Positions 23,301 through 38,782 of a stretch of DNA of 64,000 bases are shown here, in pieces. The notes under the pieces are model-generated. The model worked only from the letters and a program-made list of their open reading frames with translations. It ran no database searches and was not told the origin of the DNA. The DNA is from a virus. Its lineage: Duplodnaviria > Heunggongvirae > Uroviricota > Caudoviricetes. Where the stretch lies: positions 64,001 to 128,000 of IMG/VR virus record IMGVR_UViG_3300021255_000128; one strand, 5' to 3'. Position numbers and translations under genes: made by a program. Position 1 is the stretch's first letter; each line of letters starts with the position of its first letter.

Positions 23301-26300
23301 TGTACCAAAGACGAAATCATCTGAGACATTTCTGTAACACTACTGTGTTCAATATCATGATCAGGATTCATCTGGATACCATAGTGAACCGTTGAAACTT
23401 CCATATAAGTTAATGGAGATGTATTATTCATACTGAATACATCTGGAGGATTTAAATTTCTTACACCAGTCTTAATTGCAGAATGATTTGCAGCAAGAGC
23501 TATAAAATCATCTTTCAGATTCTCTTCACAAACAATAGTAGTTACAATATCATTATTTGCATCTGATCATACGAACTTATTTAACTCATTATCTCATTCG
23601 GAACAATACGCACCACCAAATAACTGATCTAACTTATAAATATTATCAATTCTTATACGATCTGTCGGGTAAGGTTCTCCAATAGGAGTATTCCCCTCAT
23701 TTACAGGCATTCATGTTGCAATCGTATAACCAAGTCTATCAGTTGATACGCTCAAAAGTTGTTCATATTGAAGAGTATTAACATTATATCGGTACAATGG
23801 TTTTGAGAAAGTGATAATATCGCCCTCATCATTAGTTTGTTGTGAATCAAGATTATAATATCTTGAAAGATTTATTTTAGATATTTTTGCATCATTAATT
23901 GAATGCATTAGTCTAAACATTGTTTCTGCACAATAAGGACTATATGGAGAAGACTTGCGTCTAAATTCATTTGTTGTCGTATATTCAGCAAACTTTAATT
24001 CTCCAGCCATTCCAGTTTCAGAATCCCTCCAGTTTGCAAAGGTTTTCTTCTTTTCATTACCGGTTCTTCTATCAAGTAATGAATAGTTTTGGAGTCTTGC
24101 AAAAATAGGAGAAGTATGTGCAGAACCATCTTGTGAATCTGTATCATCACTTGTGCTAACTACATTGAAGACGTGACTCTTCATATCTTTAATTGCAGCA
24201 ACTTTCATTGTCGGAGGAACTCCATATTTCATTCCTTGTGCAAATGTAATTCTAGAAGCACCACCAGATACAGTACGTTTTGCCATATCGGTAAGTCTAG
24301 AAGATTCATCTTCAGCTAAGAATAGAGGATCTGTTACAGGTAATGAGTGTTTTGCTTTATAACCACTAACGTCTCCAAAAATCATATCATTAAACGCATT
24401 AGACAATAAAATGTCTGCATAATAATAAGATTCTAGAATTGGATTATACTCAATTTTACTAAAATCATTAATAGAGATGTTGTTTGCATCATATCAACCA
24501 ACTTCAATTTCTTTTCCGTCATTATCGTAGAGTTTCCACAATTTCATTGTTCCATCAATAGGATCAAACCATGAAGGATGTGCTTCTTGTAAAGATTTAA
24601 AGTGTGCCTGTAAACTGGGATTAGAACTTGGGTCAAATTCAAATCCTGCTACAATTAAATCGCGAACAAATCTAAATTTCTGAACATCGATTCTATTTCT
24701 AAATTTTGCATAATCATCACTAGCGTAGGTTTCTAGTTGGTTCATCATTGTAGGATTTATCATTAAACCAGATTTTGTTTTTACGTAATCTAATTCATGA
24801 TAAATGTCAGCTTTCATACCACCAGATTCTGTTTTAAATCTGGAAATTAAATCCGATTCAGATAAATTAGAAATGATTGAATTGATTGTATCTAAATTTG
24901 ATTTAATCGTTGCATAAGAAGCATCATTAGAAATATCAATATTTAAGCCAAGACCAATAGAATATCTACGAATTAAATTAATTGCTGTAGTTTTTACCCT
25001 GTCGGCTCTACTATTTCTGAGTTCTGATTCAACTTGTGCAATCGCATCAGTTTTATTTCCAAATCCAGAAATTGTTGTAAGAACGTCTTTTAGAGTTTGT
25101 TTACCAAGCTTAATTGCCTTTAAATTGATTTCAATTAAGAAATGTGTTCTTTTATCAGAGTAAGTGATAGGTTGAATCAAAATTGAATCTTCCATCAGAT
25201 TCTCTTTTGTTGGATTACTTGCTCTGCGTAAACGATTGTGCATACCATTTAAATGGAAATAGAAATCGTTCACAATTGCGGCTTGCATAACTTCTTGTGG
25301 AGTTAAATCTTGAGATGCTTTAGATTTATCTCCAACTTTCATATCCGCACGAGTACAAATCAATCCGATGGCATTTGGATTTTTAACTAAAATGTTATTA
25401 GATGCAGCATCTTTTCCAACTGGCATTGATTCTCAAACACCTGTTTCTGGATTCTGTACTTTAATATTAGACGGAGTTTTAAATTTATTATTTATACTCT
25501 GTCAGATTTCTTGTTTTACATCGAATATAGATGTTCTCAATTGAGAAGTAGGTAAATTGTTTCCTTCTGCGTTCTTTAGAACTGTTGCTGCTTCAGCACC
25601 ATAAGCTACACTATAGAAATTTCCAATAGGAACAAATAAATTGTAATAATTATAAAGTTGTAATTCTTGGCCACTAAAACGGAATTTATATGCTTGAAAA
25701 TCATTCATCATATTATCTCCGTTTGGTGTATATTTAGACGCAGAAAGCGTTATCCAAGCTAATTGAGAAAAAGCATCTCACATATTAGCAACTGTATTAC
25801 CAATAGAAGATGGATTGGATGCATCTCAAACGTTCTTATAGTCAGAAGGTAGTGTTAAACCAGTAACATCTTGAATAAAGTTCTTTATGAAGCTTTCATC
25901 AATAAATGCAGAAGGTACATTTGATTCAACACCTGCAAACTTATATGTGTTTCTTAATGTATCAAGCGTAACTTGAATTTTAAAAGGCTTATCTGCATGA
26001 ATCGGTTTCCAACTTGCTTTGAGATAGTTTGGATAATTTCCATTATTATTTATAGAAATTGTACCATCAGCTGAGTTAATACGAATATCGTACTTTTCTA
26101 ACAATCTGGCAAATTGTTCTGGATTACTTCTCAAAGTCAATACTCGATTCTTTATAACGTTTTGGATGTTATAAATTTGTTTATTTACCAATTCAGATTG
26201 TAATAATTCATCAGTAAACCGAAGTTCTGCTGAAGAACCATCTGTACGCATACGATACGCAATATACGAATAACGAACAGAAGTTATAAACTGATTAGCA

Positions 26301-27457
26301 AGAATTCTCTTAATTGATTTATCAAGATTCGATTTACTACCAAAAATTACATCCTTAATTGCTTTTGCTTCAGTTTTTAATGTAGAACGAGATTGAACAG
26401 AGTTGATAAATTCATTTAAAAGATATTCAAGCCCATATTGTGTAAACATAGGCTCACCATCTGATGTAGTTTCTCCAGATAAGCGTTCAGTTTCAGTAGT
26501 TAACATTCTATCAATACCGCCATATAAAGCAGATTGAACGGCTGCGTTGCCATAATTTTCAACTCATTCAAGAACTTTACCAGAAACTGCTGTAAATCCA
26601 TCAAATCCAATTGGAGTACCATCTTCTTTTTTAAGATGTCGTAATAGCAATTTTACAAAATCACTTGAATAATCTTCCGTTCCAGCATCTTCTCTATATG
26701 TTTGATACTTATCTTTATAATCAAACGGACTCATCGATTCGTACATTTCAAGTCCAATTGAATTTACATAAGCTTTTTTCTTTTTAATGAATCCAGCAAA
26801 ATCAACAAGTAAAGTATCAAAATGTGCTAATTTTACGAAATCAAACAAATAATCCTTATAGGCCTCTGGTTCCAGATTCTTAGTCTTTTGATCAAAAGCA
26901 GAAAGTGTTGCTCTAATAAACTTTACAAAGCTTATGTCGTCTTTAAAATCAGGAACCTCATTAGAACCATGTGTAAATTGACGCAAATGTGAAAGTAATT
27001 CTTTTTTATAATTTAAAAGATTCTCATTTACACTATTTGGATTAAGCAATTTTCCATTTTTAAGTATAGCCCGATTAAATATTTCGTCTTCAAATTCGTT
27101 CACACACTGGTCGTATTCGATTCTTCCGTAACCACTTCTTGTTACAAAATCTGCAAATGTACTTAAGTCCTCAAGATCATCTTCAGATTCATACTTTGGT
27201 TGTTCACCTTCATCCACTTCCATTACAGGGTCTGGTTTAGAAGACAAACTTATTAAAAAGGTGGCAACATCCTCTGGTGATTTTAAACCAGAACTAGGAT
27301 CTAAAGGATTTAGGCTAATGCCCTCTAATAGGGCATTAGCTGTATCCTCATCAAACCAACTATTTATGTAATCTATGTAGTCCCCATCCACAAATGCGTG
27401 AATTAGAATATTATCTATCCATTCAGGACTTCATTTATTAGTACCACAACCCGCCAT
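17381..27457 (-). CDS. crAss-like virion DNA-dependent RNA polymerase with C-terminal zincin-like domain, about 3358 aa
   Basis: Single frame with about 23 TGA. Catalytic GSDLDIDK (21392-21406) preceded by RIPSQSMQS; LFGGAYC, SAIKTG, MSQM, GGVQTPS. HEMMH..EE zincin motif near 17885-17899. Confidence 0.92.
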
Positions 27458-27459
27458 AC

Positions 27460-30400
27460 TTAAATGTTACATTTTTCATTATAATTAGTTAATTCTCTAT
27501 AAAATCTTGCTACTTCTGATTCAGGATTTGCTTTCACTCTACCTAATAATTGAATGCTATATATAGTATATGCTGCAACAGGAGCTGTTTTATTTTTCAT
27601 TTGATTTAACATGTATTGGAAATATTCAATATCCTGATTAGATACTTCTGGATTTAGTTTCAATTGTTCCAATTTGTTAAACAAATAATCAAGTGATAAA
27701 GCACTATCTGTCGTAAAAGTAACTTTTCAATCATTGTCTATTTTTACAACCGTTCCATTAACGGTAGTATTATTTAACAAAGTTACTGAAAATTCTGGAG
27801 ATTTCCAAATATTTTTTGAATCAACAACTGTTTCAGGAATATCATTAATACTAATACCTCCATTTGCTTTTAAAATTGCTAATTTTACTGCTGCATTAGC
27901 ACTAGTGTCCTTTGTTAAGAATACAGACTTATTTGCTGTAATAGAAACTTTATAAAAACCATCTAAAGCAAGTATATGATCATTTAAATAAGCATTAATT
28001 GTAGCTTCCAAATTGTTCGCAGAAACAGTTTCTACAAAGATATCAAATCCAGGAAGTCTATCAACAATGTCTTTAAACGCATTCTTGATTTTAGTTTTTA
28101 ATGCTAAATTTAAATCACCTTTAGAATAGAGATTCTCAAACCAAGCATCGATTGTTTTTTCCGTTATATTTGGATTCAGATTATATTGAGTTCCATTAAT
28201 TGTAATCTTATTTAAATTTAAATCAATTAAATTCAATTCTGAATTACCAGTTGTTTCAGGATAATCACTTATTTCAGAAAGAATTGCATTTGATATATTA
28301 AATGTGCCTCCAACTACTTGAATAAATCCATTTGCTTTTACTAAACGAGGATCTCCTGTTCCTTTAGAAAGAATTGCTTTATTAAACAAACCTGCAATTT
28401 GATTAGGATTGACCATTGAAGTAAATGGAATTTCAGTAACAAGTCCTAAATCTGACATTAGTAATAATGATTTATCGGTTACACCCTTAATGAAATACGT
28501 ATCATCTGCTTCTTCAGTTCTTATTGTAACAGTTACTCCAGATTTATAATATATTGAATATTCATCTTCTGTAGTTCCAATATAATTTCCAAATTTATTA
28601 TAATTTGCTACTAATGAATCAATAAAGGGAGCGATACCATCATAATCACCATCCAATACAACTTTAGTTTCACCTAATTTGTTAGAATATAGATATAATG
28701 TGTATTCGTTATTATCAACACTTAATTCGGCACGTCTAATGTCTTCTGTAATATCCCCAACTTTTATTTTAGGTGCAATTTCAGAACCAATAAATTCCAC
28801 ACCATTAAATGTAGCTAAGATTCTAGAATTAGAAACAGATGATAAATTGATTTTATCATGTGTAATTCCTTCCAGCAGGGTCTCAATGTCTTCAGCTTTT
28901 ATTACTTTAGAAACATGTCCTCCAGATCTCTTTCTAAACTGACAAGTAACATTATTTGGTGTAATTGTTATTGAAGTCAAAATGTAACCTTCTGCTGTAT
29001 AAGCATCTGCTACTTCTTTTCCAAATACTTTCTCCCATCTTGGATCATTGCTATCAACATTTAATTGTGGATCAAATATAAGTTTGTTTCCGTTTTGAGT
29101 TACTGTTGTACCAGAGACATCATTGGTTTCATTTGTTCTAAGTGCATTGTAAATTCCAAGATATTGTCCAGAACTGTGATTTTTATCATTATCTGGAGTA
29201 ATTTCGGTTGTTGTTACATCGTATACTGGTGCTAACACTTTAACAATATCTCAAGTAAGTTTATCAAAAGCAACTTGTCCTCTACGCCAAATATCATTGT
29301 TTCCAATATCGTCTTTTGCAGAAATCTGACGATAAATACCATAGGTAAAAATAGAACTTTCTTTAAGAACATTCATAAAATCAGAATCATTCAAGAATCT
29401 TCCAGTCTTTCCGACAGATTTTGGATAGGACACTAAATCTAACAACTTTGATTCAAACGGCGAGAAATATTTAATTACATCTTCACCAACAGATTGTGAT
29501 TCTGTAGTTAAAGATAAACTTAACGTACCAGATTTAATTAAACTATCAATTAAATTATTAGAAAGAGCTTTTTGTTTGAGATCTTTAGAGAAAGCAGTTT
29601 GACTCTTAAGATCTGAATTGTCATAGATAACTTCTCATGCTGCGGCAATGAGTTTTCTATGATCAACACGCATGTCTGTAATAAAAGAATCTCCTTTTAT
29701 TGTACCAATTGCTTTTTCAGAAGATAAACGAATGCCTTCAGCAGTAGATTCAAATATTGAAAATTCAGATAAATCGGAATTTGGAATTATTTCAAATCTT
29801 CTTGTACGATGTTTATTATCATATGCGGTTATTCTAAGTCCAGATGTACGGATTAAGTCTCCACGATTTGCATTAGTATAAACTGATCCTAAAGATGTAT
29901 ATAAATTTTCAGTAAGGTACTCTAATGCCTTTTGATTATGATCCACACAATATTGAATTATAGCAGAAGTCATTAATTCAATTTCACGTCTATACAAAAT
30001 ATTGTATTTAGAACGAATTTTTCCAAATAGTTTAGCATTCTCTATTGCAGATAAATTAGGATCGTTGTGTAACAACACATTGAAATCATTTCTTACTTCT
30101 AATTTATCTACATTAAAGAAATCAGCAACTGTCTGTAAATTTACATCGTTTCCTTCAGAATCAACATTAGAACTAGTTAATATTCTGACTGTTTCGAGAA
30201 CTTTAAAGAATGTAGCGGCATCAATATCTTCTTGAACACCAGCTATTGCAAAAGTACCTTCAGAATCCTTTAAGAAATATTCAATTCTTCCCTGATCATC
30301 TGTTTGAGGATTTCATTGTGCACGAGCTTCATCAGAAGTTAATCCTGATGCTGAAGATAGTCCAACATAAGCATGACCACGATTATCTAAGAAATATTTA

Positions 30401-33400
30401 TTTCTTCTGTTATTAGCAACATCAAGATTATCTTTTGGTGTAAAGATTGCAGTAATTGGATTCTCTCCATCAGTAACGATTTCTACAAAATTACCAATAG
30501 TATCAGAAACTTTTGATCTCTTACGACCATTACTACTAATCGGAATAATTCCAGTCTCTTGTTTAAATGTAATATCTTTATAGAAACGCTCTGTATTAAT
30601 ATCGTTTTGTGAGAGATTGATAATTGTAATAGGAATTGCATATTTATCTGCAAAACAGTAATACACTAACATTTCTGTATCCGATAGTTTCTGTGAGAAG
30701 AATACGCCAGTACTTCTAGAAATCGCATTATAGAGACTATCGCTTACATCAGAATTATAAACATTCCTGTCATTTAACAGTGTACGTAATCGGTTTTCAA
30801 AGTTTTCTGTTCTTTCAGCAGCAGTAGAAGATGTTAAGAAAATACTAGATAAAATCTTTATATGTTTCTTATATGTTTCTATTGAAGCAGGATTAGTAGT
30901 AACAACAGGACTGTATGGTAATTCTAATTTAGAATCAGCTAATCAATCTGCAAATTTATCGGCATCTACAAGATTGTGTTGTCTTTTTGCTAATAAAGAT
31001 TTTCTTCTAATATACTGTCTTGCTTTATATCCTCTAACAGTACCGGAAGTAATTCAGTAATCAGTTAAATCATCAGGTGCATCAGTATCATCAATATCTT
31101 CTGTTGCATCAGAATCAACTTCTTCTAGAATTTCTTCATCAGTAACCTTATCTGAACCATCCCTATTCTTACTTAAATCATCTTCATCAATAGTTTCTTC
31201 TGGAGTCGGTTCTGGCTCTGGAGCCACTGGATTTTCTACAGATTCTTCAGCAGGAATAGCATTTAAGGCCTCTAAACGAGTAGTTTTGTATTGTTTAGCA
31301 ACTTCTGAATCGGGGTCAAAAACAACTTGTGCAGATGCAGTCGGAGAAGGAGCACTTGTAACTTTCAGTACATTTTGTAAACCATTAGAATTCTTAATAA
31401 TACTTCCTTTTCTTGCACGAGTCATTAATGTATAGAATCGCTTAATGTCAAGAAGTTTATTTGTTAATGTATTATTAAAGTCAATATTGATTATTGCATA
31501 GTCATATTCAGATCCTCCAACTAATGTTTCTTGTACGAAAGAAACTTTTGGTTTGCCAGACTCTGTAGTAGCATCTGCATATTTTGCTCTCGAAGCAGCA
31601 AAATCATCATCATTTGGTGTAATAACTACAAGATTTTCATCAGGACCTAACTTAGCAACTAAATTGTCAATTGTTTCATCTGTTATATTAGAAACAATCA
31701 TATCACCACTATTGGTTTCTTCATCATATTCTAGTTTTATTTCCTGATTTAATTTTGGATCAGTAGAAAGAACACGAATCGGATGTGTGGGATTATCCTT
31801 TTGTAAATCTACAGCAATCTTAGCTAATGCACCAACTTTAATGTTGTTTTCATTCTTACCAGCATTTGCAGTACGCATTGAAATGGTTAATTTGGATGTA
31901 CTCAAAGAAACACAATCATCAAGATTAACGCTATTTAATTGACCGTCTCCTTCAACCATTGCACCAGTCTGCATTGTATTACCAAGACCAATAATGGTAA
32001 CTCCTTCTTTCTTTGCAGCATCTACAAGAATTTGCCATTCACCTTCACTTAATTGTGTACACTCATCAATTACAACAACTAAACGCTTATTTGTATCTTT
32101 TCTTGCATTCTTATAAGAAGCATTAGTTTCGATTGGTTCATATGGAATATTTACATCTGGTTTAGAGATTGCTTTAAGTTTTGCACTATGATCTCTATAC
32201 GGACCAATTCATTCTGATTCAACATATGCTTTACCAAGTACATTAGTTAGTAATTGATCTAATGTAAAAACATGATCAGAATCAGCAGCAAACTGAGAAC
32301 CGAGTGCTTGTGCTCTTGATAAATCCTTTGATACTGCAATTGCTTCGATATTATCAGATAATTCAAGTGCAATTTTGGTAATTACGGTTGATTTACCTAC
32401 TCCAGCAAAACCATCAATGATAACGGTATTTCACAACTTAGCTCTATCAGATAGATAATCAATGCTACTTTGTGCAACTTTATCTAGCGTTTTACCATTC
32501 TCATCAACATCTTTAATGACGTTGGTTGAAACAGCATCATCCGTAGATTCACTTATACCATCGATAGCACCATTTATCAAATCGGAGTTATTAATACCTA
32601 AATATGCAAATCGGATAGCTAATTCCTGCCCAAAGAATGGGAATTTGTCTTCTCCTTCAAACTTTGACTTTAACTTACGACCAAATTCATAAGAATCTGT
32701 TCCAACAACAGTTAGTAAATAGGTCATTAAATCGAAATTATCGATATCATCGTTTGAATTGCTTGACAATATTCCATTCTTCATTTTATAGGAATCGTCA
32801 AATGCACGAGCTATATCTGTACCAAGCTCATAGTAATTTGTAACATTTCTACGTACATGATCTCTTATAAGATGTTCAAATGTAGCAAAAGCCTTCATTA
32901 CCTCTACTTGAACCGCAGGATCATCTGATTCCAAATCAAGATTATCACCACCAGCTTGTGACCACAGATTGGCAAAATCAATATCCTTCATTGATTTAGT
33001 CAACTTATCAATTGTTGGATTTTTCTCTCCATCAAGTGTATTATTATCAAGTAATCTGTGAATGACGTTACGATAGAAGTATTTTCTAACATTTATGTGC
33101 TCTCTAACTTTTGCATTCTTATTAAGACTATTTAAATGAAGTAAATAATCTATTTTGTTGGATAGGAAATGAAAATCATCAACATATAAAGAGTATAATC
33201 CTCTATCTATTACCGGCAAAGCTTCCGATTCATCCAAGAATTGATTTGTATAGCGATTGCCATTCAGTGCTGCATCTAGTACAGTTTCAATAATCGGCAT
33301 AAGGCGTTTAGCATATTCCAATTGCACTCTATTAGCGTCACTAGTAATCATGTATTCTGAAGCGGTTCCTTTAGAAACTAAAGATGCTTTTTCCTTTGCA

Positions 33401-36400
33401 ATTGTATCAAGAATAGGAATTTCAACTCCATTTAATTCATAAGAAATTAACTTAGCAAGATCGATTACAGGAGAATGAGTTACTTTTGCTTTAGCATTAT
33501 TTATAGCTTTAACTCTTGACGCAATACGACTAAGTGAATCAGTTAACGTATTTACAGTATTTTCTCTAATTTCATCTTGTCTTATTTCTGCACCAAGTAC
33601 ATCTCTTAAATCGTTTATTTGCTCAATAGCTGTATCTGGATCGGAAACTATATTTGGAATAATTGATTTTAGACGATTTATATATAGTGCTCGTTTAACT
33701 GCATTATCATATAATGGTTCCTGAACACCATATTGTGTATTATAATTAAATGCTTCATCAAAATTAGGATCATCTTCGCTAATACGTTCATTTTGTTTAA
33801 ACCGCTCTGATTCAAGAGCTTGTTTAAATTGCGCATCTAATGCATCAACATCAAAACCTTCCTCTAAAGTATCAGATAATCTAGATAATGCATATTCAAC
33901 CCAATCATCGCCATATTCTGCAATAACCTTATTATCATTAATGTATTTATAATAATTACTAATACTTGTAAGTAGTTTGTTAATAGAATTCGGAGTAACT
34001 GTAGCTGGATCTAAGAACTTGTCTACAATTGGATGATAATCCGTACGATGTGTTCTATTTAAAAGGATTCTTGGATCAATTAAATCGGGGTCTGTAACAG
34101 TATCTCCAACCACAGATTCCGATAAATCGGTTGCGTAATGATATCCTTTAAATTCGTTTACAGTTGAATCAATTACAGGTTTTACAATATTAGAAACATT
34201 TTGGAATAATGCATTAGCAGAATACAATGCATCAACTCCGTTTAATTTCTGATAATCTGCATAATCCTCATCCATAGCAGCTTTTGCAGTATCAGATAAT
34301 GAATCATAAGTAACATGATATTTAGCTCAAGTATAAGAAGCAACATCTAGTACGCTAGGATCGTCTTGCTTGCCAAGTAATTTTGCAACATAAGAACCAT
34401 GGGAAGCAAAATCAGCATATTTAATGTATTGTGAAGTAGCTTTTCCAGAAATAATATCCTCTCTGAGTTTTAAAGCATCATCACGCTTTTTAGTCCATTC
34501 TTTGATAATTTTACTTTTGCTTATTTCTTCATCTGCTTTAGCTCTGTCTGCATCGGTGTATTTAGAAAGAATGCTTGCACGCTCTTCTTCAATTTTGGAG
34601 TCATATTCAAGTGCATCAATTTCAAGATTTCCAATATCATTTAAGATTATATCGGCAAAACCAGTTTTTTGCACAAATTCGGAAAATACATCACGTTTGT
34701 TTAATTGCATGTACTTCTCAGTACTTATTCCTGATTTCTTTGCTTCTTCTTCAATCTCTTGAACAATTCCATTAATGATATCGTTGTCTTTCCCATAAAT
34801 GCCAAGGTTATGCATGGCTGAATCAATAGATTTAATGCGAATTGCCATTAGATTTCGCATTAAATTGTTTTGATTATCATTAGTAGTTCCTTCATCAAAA
34901 ACAAAAGTTTCTTTACCTTTATTCTCTGGATCAACTACAAAACGACCTTTGACACCAAGATTCTTATTTCCTAATTTACCAGCTTTCCAAAGATTATCAA
35001 GTTCCCCTAATACTCTATCAGAACCATAATTTCGTATAGCTCTAATTAATTGTCCATTTAAACCACGTCCTGCATAATCTGCTGTCTTCTTATTTAAGAT
35101 GCGAGTGTTATATCTATCCAATCCTTCAAACACAGCACCACCAATCGCACCACCAACAAAAGAAGTTAAGTATCTTTGAAGAGCATCCTCAACACTTAAT
35201 CCAAAATCAAGTTTCTCTTTGGTTTCATCTTTAAGATTAAAACCAAGACCCTCAAGACCAAGGCTTGTTATTTTTAATACATCAAGTAATTGCTCTTCCA
35301 TTACTTCTTCAATACCTTCATTTAAAGCACGATTTAGATAAACGTTTCCTTCTGCAAATGCAGAACCAGGAGTGATTATATCCAATCCTTTTATTGGAGA
35401 CCAAGATTTTGTTTTCCAAGCTTGTGTTAAAGCATTACTAACTTCTTTAAAGATATTAGTAGATTCGCGTTTAAGTTCTTCTTGTGTAAGAATTTTTGTA
35501 GCATTTGGTTTAGCTGCATTCTGAATAGAATTGATTGCAATTCTTGCAGCCTCCTTGTTATTCTGTCGAAGAATGTTTCTGATTTCAGGAGAACCATTTA
35601 ATCAAGTGCCTTTAAAGAGTTGGTCTTTAAAATAGTCTTTATTCATAAGACGCCAAAGAGTAGTAGCGTATGCAAGTGTAGCAATTCCAGCTGCTCGGTC
35701 AGATAAACCAGCTTCTCTAAATGTTTCAAGAGAATCTTCTGCTGAAGTAGCAGCCATATATCCAAGACTCAAAGCTTGTCCAATTTTTGTAGCTTTTTCA
35801 GTATCTTGCATCTTTAAAAGCCAAGGAATATATGCAAATGTACGTTGCTGGAATAATTGTGCAGCACTTGTAGCAATCATGTCTCCGATATTCTCAAATG
35901 CCCAATTACGATCTTGTGCATTACGGCTTTTTGAGGAACCAAAACGCTCCATATAAGCCTCCATGGAATTCATAGCTTTTCCAAATGAGTTATTGTCATT
36001 CTCATTTGTAATCATTCCATTTACAGACTTTGCTAACACAGGTAATGCTGTCGCTAATCCTTTTACCGCATCAATTGCTCCAAGAACAGGTCCAACATAA
36101 GGAATCAAATAAGGTGCTACTCTTGATGCAGTATTCATAATTACACCACCAACACTCTTATCCAATCCATCATTATCAAAGAAATCAAATTTATTTAACC
36201 AAGAATCATCTTTAGTTAAAGTATCACTAACATGTAGTACTTGCTTACCATAAGTAGATTCTCCTTTCTTAAGTTCTCTGTAAAATGGATTTCCTTCATC
36301 ATCCAATATCGGCTGCCCATTTTCATCTTCTGCTAAAGCTAATGGTGTTCCAAATAAACTCTTAAAAGGATTTCTGAATAAACCAATATCGTTGGCTGTA

Positions 36401-36870
36401 TAATCCAATTTATTTCCTTCTGCATCACGAACGTTATTTGCTTGAGCAACCTCACGAATATCAAAAGATTCCTTTCCCAGAGAGTATACGTTTCCCATTC
36501 CTCGCTGATGTCTCCAAGGATCAGCCAACGAGAATAACTCAGTATCCGTATTACGAATATTTGTATTATTTAAATCAGAAATGTCTTCTCTGGATCTAGG
36601 GATACTAGACATTATGTTTTTAGCAAAATCTGTTTGTGCCCAATCATTATATGATCTACTAACACTATCATAAAATGCATCAAAAGCCGCATCATCAAAT
36701 TCACCATTATCTTTTTTGAACTTATTTTGAACCTGTTTGATATTCTTATATGAATCTTTATCCTTTAGACCAGTGTTATCTGGTGTAAGTCCATAAACAT
36801 AGAAATCAGATAATGTAAAGTTTTCTGGGGCATTTAAATTAGCAGCTAAAAAATCATTTGGCTTATTCAT
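27460..36870 (-). CDS. Giant virion-associated protein with SF1 (RecD/Dda-like) helicase domain and N-terminal hydrophobic helices, about 3136 aa
   Basis: Single frame with internal stops all TGA. Walker A GFAGVGKST (32386-32412), Walker B VVIDE, LGNTMQT, motif VI YTLMTRAR. Gly/Ala-rich hydrophobic segments in the first 600 aa. Confidence 0.85.
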
Positions 36871-38782
36871 CTTTAAATTGTCCTATTTTTGATTTACTGT
36901 AATAATCTGGATCATTGTTTCTTACATGATCTACAGCATCTACAATCATATTATTTGCTTGAACTCGTCTATCAATTCTACTAAGCATATCTTTTGGAAT
37001 ATATTCATTAGATGAAGAATTATATCCATAGAATGCATCAGGAGCAGCGATAAATACATTTCCTCTTCAAAAATCATTTGCAGTAGCTTTCTCAAAACCC
37101 TTATTTACAACAATACCCTTCTTTTCATCTGCATAAATATCATTATACTTTAGTGCTTTGTTATATGGATCTTTCAGAGTACTTCCTTTTGAACGTGTAA
37201 CTTTCTCAAGATAGAGTTTATTATTTGCATCAAATTTTATCGTATCGTCACCAGCATAAGCAGAGAAAGTAACGAATCGCATTGTATTTTTCAATGTGTA
37301 TCCACCAGTTTCTGGATTATAAACCATAGTATTGGCATCTAATCCAAACTTCTGTGCAAGTGTATTTCTTTCAACCGGAGATAAACCTCTGGCGGCATTA
37401 TTAAATTCATTAAATCTAGCAAATAATTCAAAATCGGGAGTATAATGTCCATTTTCGTCTTTATATGGAAGATAAACAGATGTTGTTAAACTTTGTCCAT
37501 CATACATTATAGCAGGTAATTCAGAGTAATCCAAAAGTTTGTTGCCAAAAGTAATATCTGCATTTCTAACAGACGTACCAAGTGCTCATTCCTTCAGAAG
37601 TTTAGGCATATTCATTTGCCCAAGTTGTTTGTTATCCCAATCTTCCATAGGACCAAAATCCGTACCTTGAACGGCCATTGTTGCAGTATCATTGATTTTT
37701 GCAGCAGTTGGAGTAAGTAAAACTTGTACTGGAAGACCTTCTCCATTACCAAATCGAATTTGATAAGTGTTTTGTGTTAATTGCTCACTACCAGTTGAAC
37801 TACCTCCCTTCTTTCCAGTAGTATATGGATCAAAATCAGTAGCCGTTTTATCAAAATCAACTGTTTTAGAATAACTTGGATAATGATACAATGCCTGTAA
37901 AATTAATCTTGTAACGTCCTCTTGATTTTTAGGGTCTCCACCTTCAGCAGCTGTTTTAGCAACTAGTAAATTTCTAGCATTGGGTGTCATTCCTTCATAT
38001 AAGAAATTTATAGCCGCATTTACATCACGTAATTGATCTTGTGTTTTAAATTTATAATAACCATCTGGACCAGCTTCATTTAATAATGCAAGACCTCGAT
38101 TGACAGAATCATTTTTAGTAGTATAACCTCCTAATTCATCTGTTCCAAAAGCTTTTATACTAGTACGAAGATAATCAGTAATAGCCTTCATACCAATAGT
38201 ATTTTGAAGATCGTTTAAAATTCCGGTATCAAAAGCCAATCCATTATCATGTTCCCTATAATAGAGTAATTCATCATTTGTTAGAGCTCTATATTTCTCA
38301 GGATCATATTCAGTTGGTTTTATTCGTTCGATTTGTCCATCTTTGTTGAACGCATACATTAAACCAGTACTTGTTACTGCAACTTCAGACCCAGCAGCTT
38401 CAGATGTCATTTGTTGAACAGCCTTATCGCGTAGATCATTGTTATACTTTACATCATTTACAAGCTGTTGAACCTTCATTAAATCCGATAAATCATAATC
38501 TTCATCTTCTCCTCCAAAAATACTATAATTACTTAAAGCACGAGACTTTAATAAAAATCCATTTGCTGTATCTATTAATGTACTAACATCACTTGGCATT
38601 CCGTTTGCTTTAAGTAAATCTATAATTTCTTTCTTTATCGTACCAGAAATTTTCTCTGGTGAACTTCCCGATGAAGTGGTTCCACCAGAAGTAGAAGTAC
38701 TCTCTTGAGGAGAACCAGCTTGAGCAGGAAGATAAGGGGTGTACACGACACCCCCTACTTGATACTTCCTTTTAATGTACAT
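36863..38782 (-). CDS. Putative capsid cargo/ejection protein, 639 aa
   Basis: ORF-track pieces 37586-38782 and 37067-37534 joined through TGA, ending TAA 36863. N-terminal KYQVGG motif. Confidence 0.75.

Noticed and set aside
17381-36870. Inteins or introns in the giant RNAP and helicase genes
   Set aside because: The frames are continuous and I saw no intein C...HN boundaries, LAGLIDADG motifs or group I core sequences. Divergent mini-inteins cannot be excluded without an HMM search.
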